Source: the human T2T-CHM13v2.0 reference genome, Homo sapiens. Taken from it: a DNA stretch of 64,000 nt. The notes beneath the pieces are model-generated. The model was not told where the DNA came from and made no database searches. It saw nothing but the letters and a program-made list of their open reading frames with translations. Position 1 is the stretch's first letter. Every line of letters starts with the position of its first letter. Of this stretch, positions 32,101-49,713 are shown piece by piece. A program made the position numbers and the translations under genes. The stretch lies in NCBI RefSeq assembly GCF_009914755.1, contig NC_060931.1. One strand, 5' to 3'.

Positions 32101-33941
32101 ACTAAAGATCCTTTGAGTTTCTGCAGTATTGATTGTAATGTCTCCTTTCATCTCTGATTTTATTTATTTGGATCTTTTTACTTTCTTTCTTAGTCTGCCT
32201 GAAGGTTTGTCAATTTTGTTTATCTTTTCAAAAAACCAACTTTTTGTTTCATTGATGTTTTGTAATTCAATTTCATTTACTTCTGCTCCGATCTTGAATA
32301 TCTCTTCTAGTAATTTTGGGTTTGGTTTGGTCTTGCTTTTCTAGTTCTTTAAGATGAATCATTAAGTTATTTATTTGAAGTTTTTCTTCCTTTTTGATGT
32401 AGGCACTCATAGCTATAAACTTCCCTCTTAGTACTGCTTTCATTTTATCCCATAGGTTTTCTTATGTTGTGTTTCCATTATCATTTGTTTCAAGACATTT
32501 TTCAGTCTCCTTAATTTCTTCATTGACCCACTGATCATTCAGGAGCATATTGCTTAATTTCCATGTGTTTGTATAGTTTCCAAAATTTCTCTAGTTATTG
32601 ATTCTAGTTTTATTCTATTGTGGTCAGAGAAGATGCTAGATATTATTTCAGTTATTTTGAATGTTTTAAGACTTGTTTTATGACCTAACGTGGTCTATCC
32701 TTAAGAATGATCCATGTGCTGTGGAGAAGAATGTGTATTCTGCAGCCATTGGATGAAATGTTCTGTAAATATCTATTAAGTCCATTTGGTCTATAGTGCA
32801 GATTAAGTCTGATGTCTCTTTATTGACTTTCTGTCTGGGAGATCCATCCAATGAGGAAAGTGGGTGTTTAAGTCTCCAGCTATTATTGTATTGGGGTCTA
32901 TCTCTGTCTTTAGCTCTAATAGTAGTTGCTCTATATATCTGGGTGCCCCAGTATTGGGTGCACATATTTTTACAGTTATTGTATCCTTTTGCTGAGTTGA
33001 CTTCTTTATCATTATACAATGACCTTCTTTGTCTCTTCGTACAGTTTTTACTTGAAATCTATTTTGTCTGATGTAAGTATAGCTACTCCTACTCTTTTTT
33101 GGTTTCCATTGGCATGGAATATCTATTTCCATATCTTTATTTTCAGTCTATGTTTGTTTATAGGTGAAGGGTATTTCTCATAGGCAGCAGGCAATTGGGT
33201 CTTATTTTTTTTATTTTTTAATTTTCACTCAGCCACTCTGTGTCTTTTGATAGGAGAGTTTAGTCTATTTACATTCGGTGTTATTATTGATAAGTGAAGA
33301 CTTACTGCTGCCATTTTGTTATTTGTTTTCTGGTTGTCGTGTGGTCTTCTCTTCCTTCTTTTCTTCCGTCCCATCTTACTTTTAGTGAAGGTGATTATTT
33401 CTGGTGGTATGATTTAATTTTTACTTTTTATTTTTTGTGTATCTGCTGTATGCTTTTTGATTTGAGATTATGATGAGGCTTGCAAATACTATATTATAAT
33501 CCATTAATTTAAAGTGATGACAACTTAACACTGATTGCAGAAACAAATGAACAAAAAGGAGACATACTCTACAAAACTCCCCCACTTTTAATCTTTTTAT
33601 TGCTTCTATTTATATCTTATTGTACTGTCTATATCTTTAAAGGTTGTTGTAGTTATTATTTTTGATTGGTTCATCTTTTAGTCTTTCTAACAGTAGTTTA
33701 CACAGATTAATTACAGTGTTATAATATTCAGTGTTTTAGTGTTTTTCTGTGTCTTTGCTGTTACCAGGGAGTTTTGTACCTTCAGATGATTTCTTATTGC
33801 TCATTAATGCCCCTACCTTCCTTCCTTCCTTCCTTCCTTCCTTCTTTCCTTCCTTTTCTTTCTTTCTTTTCTTTTCTTCTCTTTTCTCTTTCTTTCTCTT
33901 TCTTTCTTTCTTTCTTTCTCTCTCTCTCCCTTTCTTCCTTC

Positions 33942-33976
<35 letters not shown>

Positions 33977-36776
33977 TCGTTCTTTCGTTCTTTCGTTCTT
34001 TCGTTCTTTTGTTCTTTCGTTCTTTCTTTCTTTCTCTTTCTTTCTTTCCCTTCCTTCCTTCCTTCCTCCCTCCCTACCTCCCTCCCTCCCTCCCTTTCTT
34101 TCTTTCCCTCCCTCCCTCCCTTCCTTCTTTTGGCTTTCTTTCTCCCTTTAGCATTTCTTTTAGGACACGTCTGGTGTTGATAAAATCCTTCAGCTTTTTT
34201 TTGTCTAAGAAAGTCTTTATTTCTCCTTCATGTTTGAAGGATATTTTCACTGGATATAGTATTCCAGAATAAAAGTTTTTTCTTTCAGCACTTTAAATAT
34301 GGCATGCCACACTCTCCTGGCCTGTAAGATTACACTGAAAAGTCTGCTGCCAGATGCATTAGAGCTCCATTGTATGGTATTTATTTCTTTTCTCTTGATG
34401 CTTTTAGGATACTTTCTTTATCCTTGATCTTTGGGAGTTAGATTATTAAATGCCTTGAGGTAGTTTTCTTTGGGTTAAATCTGCTTGGTGTTCTATAACC
34501 TTTTTGTACTTGAACACTGATCTTTTCCTAGGTTGAGAAGTTTTCTGTTACTATCCCTTTGAATAAACTTTCCATCCCTGTCTCTTTCTCAACCTCTTCT
34601 TTAAGGCCAATAACTCTTGGATTTGCCCTTTTGAGGCTATTTTCTAGATCTTGTGGGCATGCCTCATTCTTTTTTATTTTTTCTTTAGTCTCCTCTGACC
34701 GTGTATTTTCAAATGGCCTGTCTTCAAGATCACAGATTGTTTCTTCTCAATCAATTCTGCAATTAAGAGACTCTGATGCATTCTTCAGTATGTCAGTTGC
34801 ATTTTTCAACTCCCGAATTTCTGTTCAATTCTAATTATTTTAATCTATTTGTTAAATTTATTGATAGAATTATGAGTTCCCTTTCTGTGCTATCTTGAAT
34901 TTTATTTAGTTTCTTCAAAACAACTATTTTGAATTCTCTGTCTGAAAGGTTACATATGTCTGTTTCTCCAGGACTGGTCCTTGGTCCCCTATTTAATTCA
35001 TTTGGTGAAGTCATGGTCTTGATGCTTGTGGATGTTTGTTGCTGTCTTGGCATTGAAGAGTTAGGTATTTATTATAGTCTTCACAGTCTGTGCTTGTTTG
35101 TACCCATCCTTCTTGGGAAGGTTTTCCATGTATCTGAAGGGACTTGGGAGTTGTAGCTAAGTTGTATGTGCATTAGGGGGCACTCCAAACCCAGTAATGC
35201 TGTGGTTCTTGCAGACTCATAGAGGTACTCATAGCAGCCTTGGTGGTCTTGGATACAACCTGGAAGAATTATCTGGATTACCAGGCAGAGATTCTTGTTC
35301 TCTTCCCTTACTTTCTCCCAAACAAACAGAATATCTCTTTCTGAGAGAGCTGAGCTAGGAGTGGGGTGACACAAGCACTCCTTTGGACACAAGTTCCAGG
35401 CACCACCACTGGGACTGCACTAGGTCAGACCTGAGGCCAGCACAGTGCTGCATCTCACCCAAGGCCCACTGTAACCACTAATTGGCTAACATCTATGCTC
35501 ACTCAAGGTCCTAGGGCTGTACATTCAGCAGGTGGCAAAGCCAGCCAGGCTTGTGTCTTTCCCTTCAGGGTGGTAAGTTCCTTCAGTTTCTGGGCAGGTC
35601 CAGAGATGCCATTTGGGAGCCAAGGCCTGGAATCAGGGACCACAAGAGCCTGCTTGGTGTTCTACCCCACTGTGGCCAAGCTGGTACCTAAGGTACAAGA
35701 CTAAGTCATTTTTTACTTTTCCCTCTGTTTTATTCAAGCAGAAGGAGTCTCTCACCATAGCCACCACAGCTGGGAATGTGCTGGGTCTCACTTGAAGCCA
35801 GCATATCTCAGAACTTCACATAAGGCCCTTGACATAGTACCTGGATATTGCTGCTGGTTCTTCAATGCCCAAGGGCTCTTTAGTCAGCAGATGATGAATC
35901 ATCCAGGACTGAGCCCTTCCCTTCAAGGCAACGGATTCCCTTCTGGCCTTGGGTGTATCTAGAAATGTTGTCTGGGTGCTAGGGCCTGGAATGGGGGCCT
36001 CATGATTTCCTAGTGCCCTATGCTACTGTGGCTGAGCTGGTATCCAAGATGCAAGATGAAGTTCCCTTCACTCTTCCATCTCCTCTCCTCAAGCAGAAGG
36101 AAGGAGTCACTTTTGTTACTGTGAGCTGTGCTGCCTGGGGTTGGGGGAGGGGTGGTGTAAGCACTCCCTTAGCCACCCTAGCTGGTGTCTCAGTAGGTCA
36201 TGTGCCCCCCATATTCACTAGCTCTGGGCTCAGCACAGCACTAGGATTTGCCTAGGAATTGCAGTCCTTATGGCCTAAATTGCCTTTCAAGTTTATTTGA
36301 CACCCCAGAGCACTTTAGTTCACAGTGGAGAGGCTTGCGAAAACTCAGGTTCTGACCACTAGGAGTGGTGATTCCCCTCTGGGAAAGGCTGGTCTACATG
36401 CTTCCTCCATGGGCGGGCATCAGCTGAGTTTAGCCCAGTTTTGCTTTCTGCCGTGGCAGGGCAGCACTGAGTTCAATGCAGGCTCCCACAATCACTGTGC
36501 TCTCCCTTCCCCTACTGCACAGATTATCCGCACCACACAGCCACTGATGGGGGATGTGGGGAGGGTGGCACTGGGGAGTCAAGACTGTCTTTCCTACCCT
36601 CCATAGTGCCTCTTTCAGTGATATGAAGTTAAAACCAGGTGATGTGATTGCTCACCTGATTTTTGGATCTAATGAAGGGGCTTTTTTGTATAGATCGTTG
36701 TTAAATTGGTGTTCATGTGGGGTGGCGGGGAGAATGGTGGAGGCTTCTATTCAGCCATCTCGCTCTACCCTCTCTC
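29114..36776 (-). mobile_element. Apparently full-length decayed L1 (L1MA1/2-type 3' end, L1M1-type 5' UTR)
   Basis: 3' UTR at 29114-29560, ORF2 remnants (ORFs 30857..31213, 31361..31591, 32803..33132), ORF1 remnant (34835..35053 LSDREFKIVVLKKLNKIQ), 5' UTR to 36776. TSD tgagattaacattt / tgagattaatgttt. Confidence 0.92.
33810..34142. repeat. Compound polypyrimidine microsatellite (CTTC/CTTT/TTCGTTCT/CCCT)
   Basis: Directly visible, ~330 bp inside the L1. Confidence 0.95.
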
Positions 36777-39497
<2,721 letters not shown>

Positions 39498-40089
39498 ATT
39501 TGCCATATGAAATCACTGCCAAGCTCACCTCTTTATAAATTATTTTTCTCAAGGATCTTGGTTTAAGTTCTCACTACCTTTTTAGCTCTCGAGTATTTTT
39601 AAATACCTATTTTAAAAATGGATTCTAAACATTTCTAGTTGTCTTTAGTAGGGAGAGTTAGTCTGAAACCAGCTATTCTGTCATTACCAGAAGCATAAAT
39701 CTCTGATTACTAATCTTTGAAGTATATACAAATTTCTGACACCAATTGCTTATAAGAGGCTTGTGTAGAACAATCAGGGCTCTCTATCAAACTAGGTAAA
39801 ATTTTCTGACCCAGGGTTTGGTGTATAAGTTCATCTAACTTAATTTATTTTCTATAAACTGGATAAACATTTGTGGAATTTTCCTTTTTACCCACTGCTA
39901 CAAAGAAAGTGCTTATGATTCCTGTGTCTATTTTTCTAATTGTTTTTTTTTTAACCTTACAAAGACTTCCAGGAAGATGAATGGAGAAATTCTAACTTTA
40001 TAATGCTATATTTAAATCAGAAGTCTGACCTCATTTATATTTTAAATGGATCTCTCTGGCTACTGTGTGATATATTAATTCAAATAGCA

Positions 40090-40520
40090 AATGACTGGAA
40101 TGAACCTAAGTGTACATGAATACAAGATGGTTAAATAAATTATGATAAATTCATTTAATAAAACATAGCAATTAAAAATAATTAGGTAGCTTTCTATGTA
40201 ATGACATGGAACTATTCCAAATATTACTGAGTGAAAAAAGCAAAGTGTAGAACAATGTGTGTGGTATTACTGCTACCATTTGTGTGAAAAAAGATTTTGT
40301 ATACATATTTTTATAAGTGGATAGACTGTCTCTGGAATAAAATGCAAAGCTAGTAAAAGCTGCCAGTTTTTAGAAAAGCTGTTTCTAGGGAATGAAACAA
40401 GGTTATTGGGGACAGGTCCAAGATGAATATTAACTTTTTAATGCATATTCTTTTGTATTTTTTGGATGTTGTATTGTGGGCATGTTTTACCTATTCAAAA
40501 TGTAAATAAAATTTTTACTT
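40090..40520 (+). mobile_element. L1ME/L1MC 3' end
   Basis: ggttaaataaattatg, tattactgagtgaaaaaagcaaagtgtagaacaatgtg. Confidence 0.7.
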
Positions 40521-41716
40521 AAATAAAATGTATATTTTACTGCCCTCCAGTGATACAGTTTTCATTTGGGGATAGGTCTAGCCCATCTATTTTTTCATTT
40601 CTTTATTAAAATACATATTTGATATAATTAGAGAATTTTATGTCTTTTTTGATATAACATATTTCATTTTGTTTTATTACTTTCAAAATTATAATTTAAA
40701 AGTTTTGCATGATGTTTAGTTCAGGTATAACAACTTACTTACCTTTCCCCAATATTGGTCATTTACATATTTACATATTTCCTTATATATAATATGGTAA
40801 TGAGCATCTTTGTTAAAATGTATGCATTTGGTTCCTATGAATTACTCTAATGCTTAATGGTTATTTGATAAGATTTGATGTAAATAAAGCAAGCACTATG
40901 AGGAGTTGATAAAAGGTCAGAAATGATTATAGATGATCCCTTGAGATACTCATAATAAGCATGGCAATTTTCATTCATTCTAACATTTGTCAATATGGGT
41001 AAACCAAACAGAGTTGTTGCTCTTTAAATGTAGGTACAGTAAAAATTGAACTCACAGGAAATAGTACACTTAAAGAATCATTAATTATTACCTAATTGCT
41101 TGCACCACTGTGGCAGGGACAGAAAAGTACTCTGCGATGATGAAGTTGTCAATTACAGTTGATAATTAAGGGGCCAGGTGCATATTTAACTTAACAAGAT
41201 AAATATCTGCCCAGATGTTGTTTGTCTGCTGCTTCATTACCAGGTAGGTTAGAAGACTTTCATAAACTAGAAAGACTATTAAATACACAACCTTGCTACA
41301 TCAAGAAACCTTTAGTAAATCTGTTACTATAGCCAATATTCATTTAAGAAGGCTTTTATCAGACTTCCTAGAGAGTTGAAGTAAGCATATCTATATAATA
41401 CCATCTTTGCAGATTCTCAGTGAAATGGATTTTTCAAATATAAAACAGATAGAACATACAATAGTATTGGGAACTAGAGAGGTTGCCTCCTCATGTTAGG
41501 AACATAAAGGAATTTTATGCAAGATTTAAAATGCCAGATTAAATGAAGACAACAAAGAATCAATCTGTGTCTGGACCATTCCAAGGAACCCAAGATCCTT
41601 GGATGTAAGAGGTTAATATTCTGGCAAAGTTATAGTAAGGTATCCTAAACTGAAGGGCAGAGACTAGGAGAAAAGAACTGGCTGCATCAAAAAAGCAGCC
41701 AGATCATGTCATTGCT

Positions 41717-42089
41717 TGTATTCGTTTGCTAGGGCTGCCATAACAAAATGTCACAGACTAGGCGGCTTAAAAACAATGGACATTTATTTTCACACCATTC
41801 TGGAGGCTGTAAGCCCAAGATCAAGGTGCCAGCAGGGTTGGTTTCTCCTGTGGACTCTCTTTGGTTTGCATGTGATTGAGTCTCCCAACAACCATGTGTG
41901 GCCTTTTTTCTGTGTGTGCAAATCTCATGTGTGTCTTCCTCTTCTTGTAAGGACACTAGTCATATTGGATTAGAGTCCCACCCTTATGACCTCACTTACC
42001 CTTTACTAAGTTCCTATCTCCAAACGCAGTCGTATTTAGTTCTTAACATATGAATTCGGTGGGGAGAGGACACAATTCAGTCCGTAACA
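41717..42089 (-). mobile_element. MLT1B MaLR solo LTR
   Basis: tgtattcgtttgctagggctgccataacaaa...taaggacactagtcatattggattag...gacacaattcagtccgtaaca. Confidence 0.88.
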
Positions 42090-42650
42090 CTCCTCTCCTT
42101 AAAACTCTCCAAAGTCTTTAAAATGGCCCGTAATCTTCAGTGCATTCAATGCTGCCTCTCTAACATTTTCTCCAGAACATTTCACCTTTGTATGCTTCAC
42201 TCTATTCACATTGGCTTTCTTCCTGTGTTTCTGACAGAGAGGTTGACATAGGGAGAGTCAACCATTTGAAAACCAAAGAGAGATGCCACAGGAGAAATCG
42301 ACCCTGCTGGCACCTTGATCTTGGGCTTCCAGCCTCCAGAATTGTGAAAAAAATAAATGTCCGTGGTTTAAACCACTCAGTCTGTGATAGTTCGTTATGG
42401 TAGCCCTAGCAAACTGATATAAGAAGTGACATTCCCCCCACATCAGGGCCTTTGCAATGGCTATTCTCTGTCCTTGGGACATTTTGCCTTTAGATAGCCA
42501 CAGAGCTGGCTCCCCTCACTGCCCTAAGGTCCCTGTGCAACGAGATCTTTGCCAGTGAAATTTTTTTCTGATCATCGCATACAAAAGAGAATTCGCTGTC
42601 GCTTTCTTTGCCTTCTCATGCAGCTTTATTATCTTTTTTCAGAGCACTTA
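42090..42650 (+). mobile_element. L2 remnant interrupted at 42241-42432
   Basis: ctcctctccttaaaactctccaa, cacattggctttctt, catcagggcctttgcaatggctattctctg. Confidence 0.65.
42241..42432 (+). repeat. Inverted copy of 41706-41893 (MLT1B 3' half plus flank)
   Basis: Reverse-complement match to the neighbouring LTR that extends ~11 bp past the LTR terminus. Confidence 0.8.
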
Positions 42651-42678
42651 ATTATTGATATAAATATAAATATATACA

Positions 42679-43902
42679 GCTCCCTCTCCCTCTCCCTCTC
42701 CCTCTCGGTCTTGCTCTCCGTCTCCCTCTTTCTACTGTCTCCCTCTCTTGCGGAGCCTGGACTGTACTGCCATGATCTCGGCTCGCTGCAACCTCCCTCC
42801 CTCGGGCTCTGGTGATTCTCCTGCCTCGGCCTGCCAAGTGCCTGGGATTCCAGGCACGCGCTGCCTCTCCTGACTGGTTTTTGTATTTTTGGTGGAGATG
42901 GGGTTTTGCCGTGTTGACCGGGCTGGTCTCCAGCTCCTGGCCTCGGGTGATCTGCCTGCCTCGGCCTCCCGAGGTGCTGGGATTGCAGACGGAGTCTCGC
43001 TCACTCAATGCTCAATGTTGCCCATTGAGTGCAGTGGTGTGATCTCGGCTTGCTACAACCTCCGCCTCCCAGCCGCCTGCCTTGTCCTCCCAAAGTGCTA
43101 AGATTACGGCCTCTGCCCGCCCACCACCCCGTCTAGGAAGTGAGCAGCGTCTCTGCCTAGCCGCCCATTGTCTGGGATGTGAGGAGCCCCTCTGCCCGGC
43201 CGCCCCGACTGGGAAGTGAGGAGCACCTCTGCCTGGCTGCCCCCGTCTGGGAAGTGAGGAGTGCCTCTGCCCAGCCACCCCCTCTGGGAAGTGAGGAGCG
43301 CCTCTGCCCGGCCGCCCCATCTGGGAAGTGAGGAGCGCCTCTGCCAGGCCACCCCGTCTGGGAAGTGTACCCAACAGCTCCGAAGAGACAGCGACCATCG
43401 AGAACGGGCCATTGATGATGATGGTGGTTTTGTCAAAAAGAAAAGGGGGAAATGTCAGGAAAAGAAAGAGAGATCAGATTGTTCCTGTGTCTGTGTAGAA
43501 AGAAGTAGACATAGGAGACTCCATTTTGTTCTGTACTAAGAAAAATTCTTCTGCCTTGGGGTGCTGTTAATCTATAACCTTACCCCCAACCCCCTGCTCT
43601 CTGAAACATGTGCTGTGTCAACTCAGGGTTAAATGGATTAAGGGCGGTGCACGATGTGCTTTGTTAAACAGATGCTTGAAGACAGCATGCTCCTTAAGAG
43701 TCATCACCACTCCCTAATCTCAAGTACCTGGGGACACAAACAGGGCGGAAGGCCGCAGGGACCTCTGCCTAGGAAAACTGGAGACCTTTGTTCTCGTGTT
43801 TATCTGCTGACCTTCTCTCCACTATTATCCTATGACCCTGCCACATCCCCCTCTCTGAGAAACACCCCAGAATGATCAATAAATACTAAAAAATAAATAA
43901 AT
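42679..43902 (+). mobile_element. SVA retrotransposon (SVA_A-like), full structure with short VNTR
   Basis: (CCCTCT)n head, Alu-like region, GC-rich VNTR (ctgggaagtgaggagcgcctctgccc, ~43125-43365), SINE-R, aatgatcaataaatact plus A tail, TSD aaatataaatatata (42662-42676 / 43903-43917). Confidence 0.96.
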
Positions 43903-43904
43903 AA

Positions 43905-44216
43905 ATATAAATATATATATGGCATATATATATGTATGTATGCTGGCTGCTTTCATGGGCTTGCGTTGAGTGTCTGCAGCTTTTCCAGGTTCACGGTGCA
44001 AGCTGTCAGTGGATCTACCATTCTGGGGTCTGGAGGATGGTGGCCCTCTTCATATATATATGTATATATATGTGTGTGTGTGTGTGTATACATGCATATA
44101 TATGTATGTGTGTGTATATATATACATGCATATATATGTGTATGTGTATATATATATATACACACATATATATACACACACATATATGTATATATATACA
44201 CACACACATACATATG
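43905..44216. repeat. (TA)/(TG)/(CA) compound microsatellite, interrupted at 43942-44051
   Basis: Directly visible alternating purine-pyrimidine tract. Confidence 0.93.
43942..44051 (-). mobile_element. THE1/MST internal (MaLR-int) fragment
   Basis: ctggctgctttcatgggc...tgcaagctgtcagtggatctaccattctggggtctggaggatggtggccctcttc is a recognisable THE1/MST-int segment. Confidence 0.85.
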
Positions 44217-44319
44217 TTTGCTTATCATCTATGTGTTCCTAGTAGATTTAGACAGTACCTGGTATGAAGTTAGAGGCTTGGGCTTTGTCTGTTTCTGTTA
44301 CTGTTACAGCAGCTGGAAA

Positions 44320-46017
44320 TAGAACACATGTCTTACAAAAGAAGGACAATTTGATTGACAGCAGATGTTAGCAGCAACAACAGAGGACAGTAGACAATGG
44401 AATAGTTCCAATTTGTTGATAGAAAATAATTGCCAACCTAGAAAATCATGTTGCAGGACATTTTCAGGTATACCAAAATAGAAGTCATTTGCCTTCAAGA
44501 AATATTCACTAAAGAAATTTTGATTCAGGCAGAAGGAAAATGATCTGAATTGTCTTTGGTCTAAGATGTAAGAAGAAAGATTAAGAAAATTAATAAAAAT
44601 AAGTGTATAAATCTAAACATATATTATTTAAACAATGTCTAATTTATGGAGTTAAAAAAGACAGAATCAAAATATATATAAGGGTATAAAATTCTAAGCC
44701 AGTGGAATAGCAAAAATGGATTAAGAAAATGATGAATAAAGGCTTACCAACTATAAAAAGAAAAAGAAGAGAGAGAAAACAAGCATTAAAAAGAGATAGA
44801 AATATAGATTTGATAATTAAGATTGTTAAAACCAGACAAAGTATACCAGAAGTCATAATAAAAGTAGACTCAATCCACCAGTTATAAGATGAACTTTGTC
44901 AGGTTGGGTAAAAATTTTTAAAAATCTGTTTATTTTATTCATAAGTAAAAGAAGAAGAACATTGAAAAGGTGATGGTGAAAGAATAGAAAAATATATACC
45001 CTGCAACACTAACCAAAAGAAAACTACGGTAGCACTATTACGTTTAGACAAATACAAAATATAATTTAAGTGAAATAAAATAATTCAGGACAAGGCGGGT
45101 GTATTAGTCCGTTTTCTTGCTGCTGTTAAAGACATACCCGAGACTGGGAAGAAAAAGAGGTTTAACTGGACTTACAGTTCCACATGGCTCAGGAAACCTC
45201 AGAATCATGGCAGGAGGTGAAAGGCACTTCTTACATGGTGGTGGCAAGAGAAAATGAGAAAGAAGTAAAAGCAGAACCCCCTGATAAGCCCATCAGATCT
45301 TGTGAGACTTACTATCACAATAATGGCACAGGAAAGACTGGCTGCCATGATTCAATTACCTCCTCCTGGGTCCCTCACACTACCTGTGGGAATTCTGGGA
45401 GATACAATTCAAGTTGAATTTTGAGTGGGGACACAGCCAAACCATATCAGAGGGTCACTACATAATATAAAAATTTTAATTCACCAGGAAGACATAATCA
45501 TTATAAACTCTATATGCCTATAAAATAATGTAGAGAAATAAAAATATATAAATGTCAATACATATGCCAGATTGATAAGATTGTAAGGATAAATTGACAG
45601 TCATCATCATAATGGGAGATTTCAACATAGCACATTCAATTACAAATAAGCCAACAAAAATTATTAAAGCTGGAGAATATTTGAACAATATAGTCTAACA
45701 ACTTCGAACTAGTGAAGCTTATAAAAATTCTGCACTGACAAGTAGAATATACTTTCTTCTCAAAGAATAAAACTTGTATACAAATCTATAATAATTTCAA
45801 CAACATTTTGTTCTCTGACCTCAGATGGACTAGAAATAAAAAATTAAATCCCACACATTTGAAATTAAAAAGCACACTTTAAAAAATTAATATATCAAAG
45901 AAGAAAACTTAATAGAAATAAAGAATACTTAGAACTATGTACAATGAAAATATACATTAAAATTTGTATAATACATTAAACTTTGTGGGATGTAGCACAT
46001 GGTACTTAAAAAGAGAT
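44320..46017 (+). mobile_element. Old L1M ORF1/ORF2 remnants (continue at ~48325-49400)
   Basis: gcagcaacaacagaggacagtagacaatggaat, agaaaataattgccaacctagaa, aattcaccaggaagacataatca, aatgggagatttcaaca. Confidence 0.7.
45100..45449 (-). mobile_element. THE1C solo LTR
   Basis: tgtattagtccgttttc...gactgggaagaaaaagaggtttaa...gggacacagccaaaccatatca, 5-bp TSD gcggg/gaggg. Confidence 0.92.
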
Positions 46018-48353
<2,336 letters not shown>

Positions 48354-48749
48354 TTAATATTTAAAAAGCTTTAAAAAGTTAGTAGCATAAAAGATCAAAA
48401 TCAAAGGAAACAACACAGAAATAAAAGAAAATTTCAAAACAGAATACTCAGTCGAATAACTAGAATATTAACTATTAACATAAACAAGTTAATCTCTTAA
48501 CAATTACTTTCAGATTGGCTTTTAAAAAATGAGCAAGAAACCCACTTATATGCTATATACAAAGGAAACATTTAAACCCACGTAAACTTAAAGAAATGCA
48601 TCAAAATACATCAGGCGACCCCAATCCAAAATAAAAACCATACACTGTTAAAGAACCCAATCACAATTAAAGTATATAATCATGATCATAAATATTTGTG
48701 TAGAGAATAACATAGTATCATATATAATAAATATAATGTTAAAATATGA

Positions 48750-49089
<340 letters not shown>

Positions 49090-49146
49090 TTAACAAGCCC
49101 CTTTAAGCCTCTGATAGATTCATAAGCCCAGAATAAGAATATAGGA

Positions 49147-49240
49147 TATCTATTCATTCAAGATTAATGTTTTATTCTTATCTATTCAAGATAATTTTTA
49201 TGTACTTAATATCTATTCAATATAATTTTTATGTACTTAA
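49147..49240. repeat. 31-bp tandem repeat (2 near-perfect units plus 1 degenerate)
   Basis: tatctattcaa(g/t)ataatttttatgtacttaa x2. Confidence 0.85.
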
Positions 49241-49713
49241 TAGGTACATAAAAATTTTCATACACAACCAGAAACTCACTTTCTACCAAAATCTTAATTG
49301 GCATGTAAAAAAGGGGATTCAAAAATTTCTTGACTAAATTAGATTTTTTTATGTACAAAGACAAAAGAATGACTGTCAATGAATTAAGTGTTTTATTAGT
49401 ACTAGGAAAAGACCTATAACAATCTCGACCACTTTATTCAGGATTCTTTGGTTGCAAAAGACAGAAATGCAGCACAAATTAGCTCAAGTCAAGAAGAAGG
49501 ATTTATGGACACTTTCCCAGATTGTGGAAAGATGAGGTGGAGCTGGCTGTAGGGATAAGAGGGCTCTTACCTAAACCTATATCTAAAGCCATAAGACTTC
49601 CCCTCATTATTTTTCATTTCCACTCTCCTATCATTCCTTCCACATAGAGTTTCTCTATGGTGGGGGACTTGGCTGTCTTGGGAGCTCCTAGCTAAATTGA
49701 GATTTCAGTACCA

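Noticed and set aside
33749-34272. F/L/S-rich 'membrane-like' ORFs
   Set aside because: Translations of the (CTTT)n microsatellite.
43125-43365. Regularly spaced ~40-bp repeats resembling a CRISPR array
   Set aside because: This is the SVA VNTR in a primate genome: tandem units with no unique spacers.
43932-44322. Y/I/C/H/T-rich ORFs on both strands
   Set aside because: Translations of the TA/TG/CA microsatellite.
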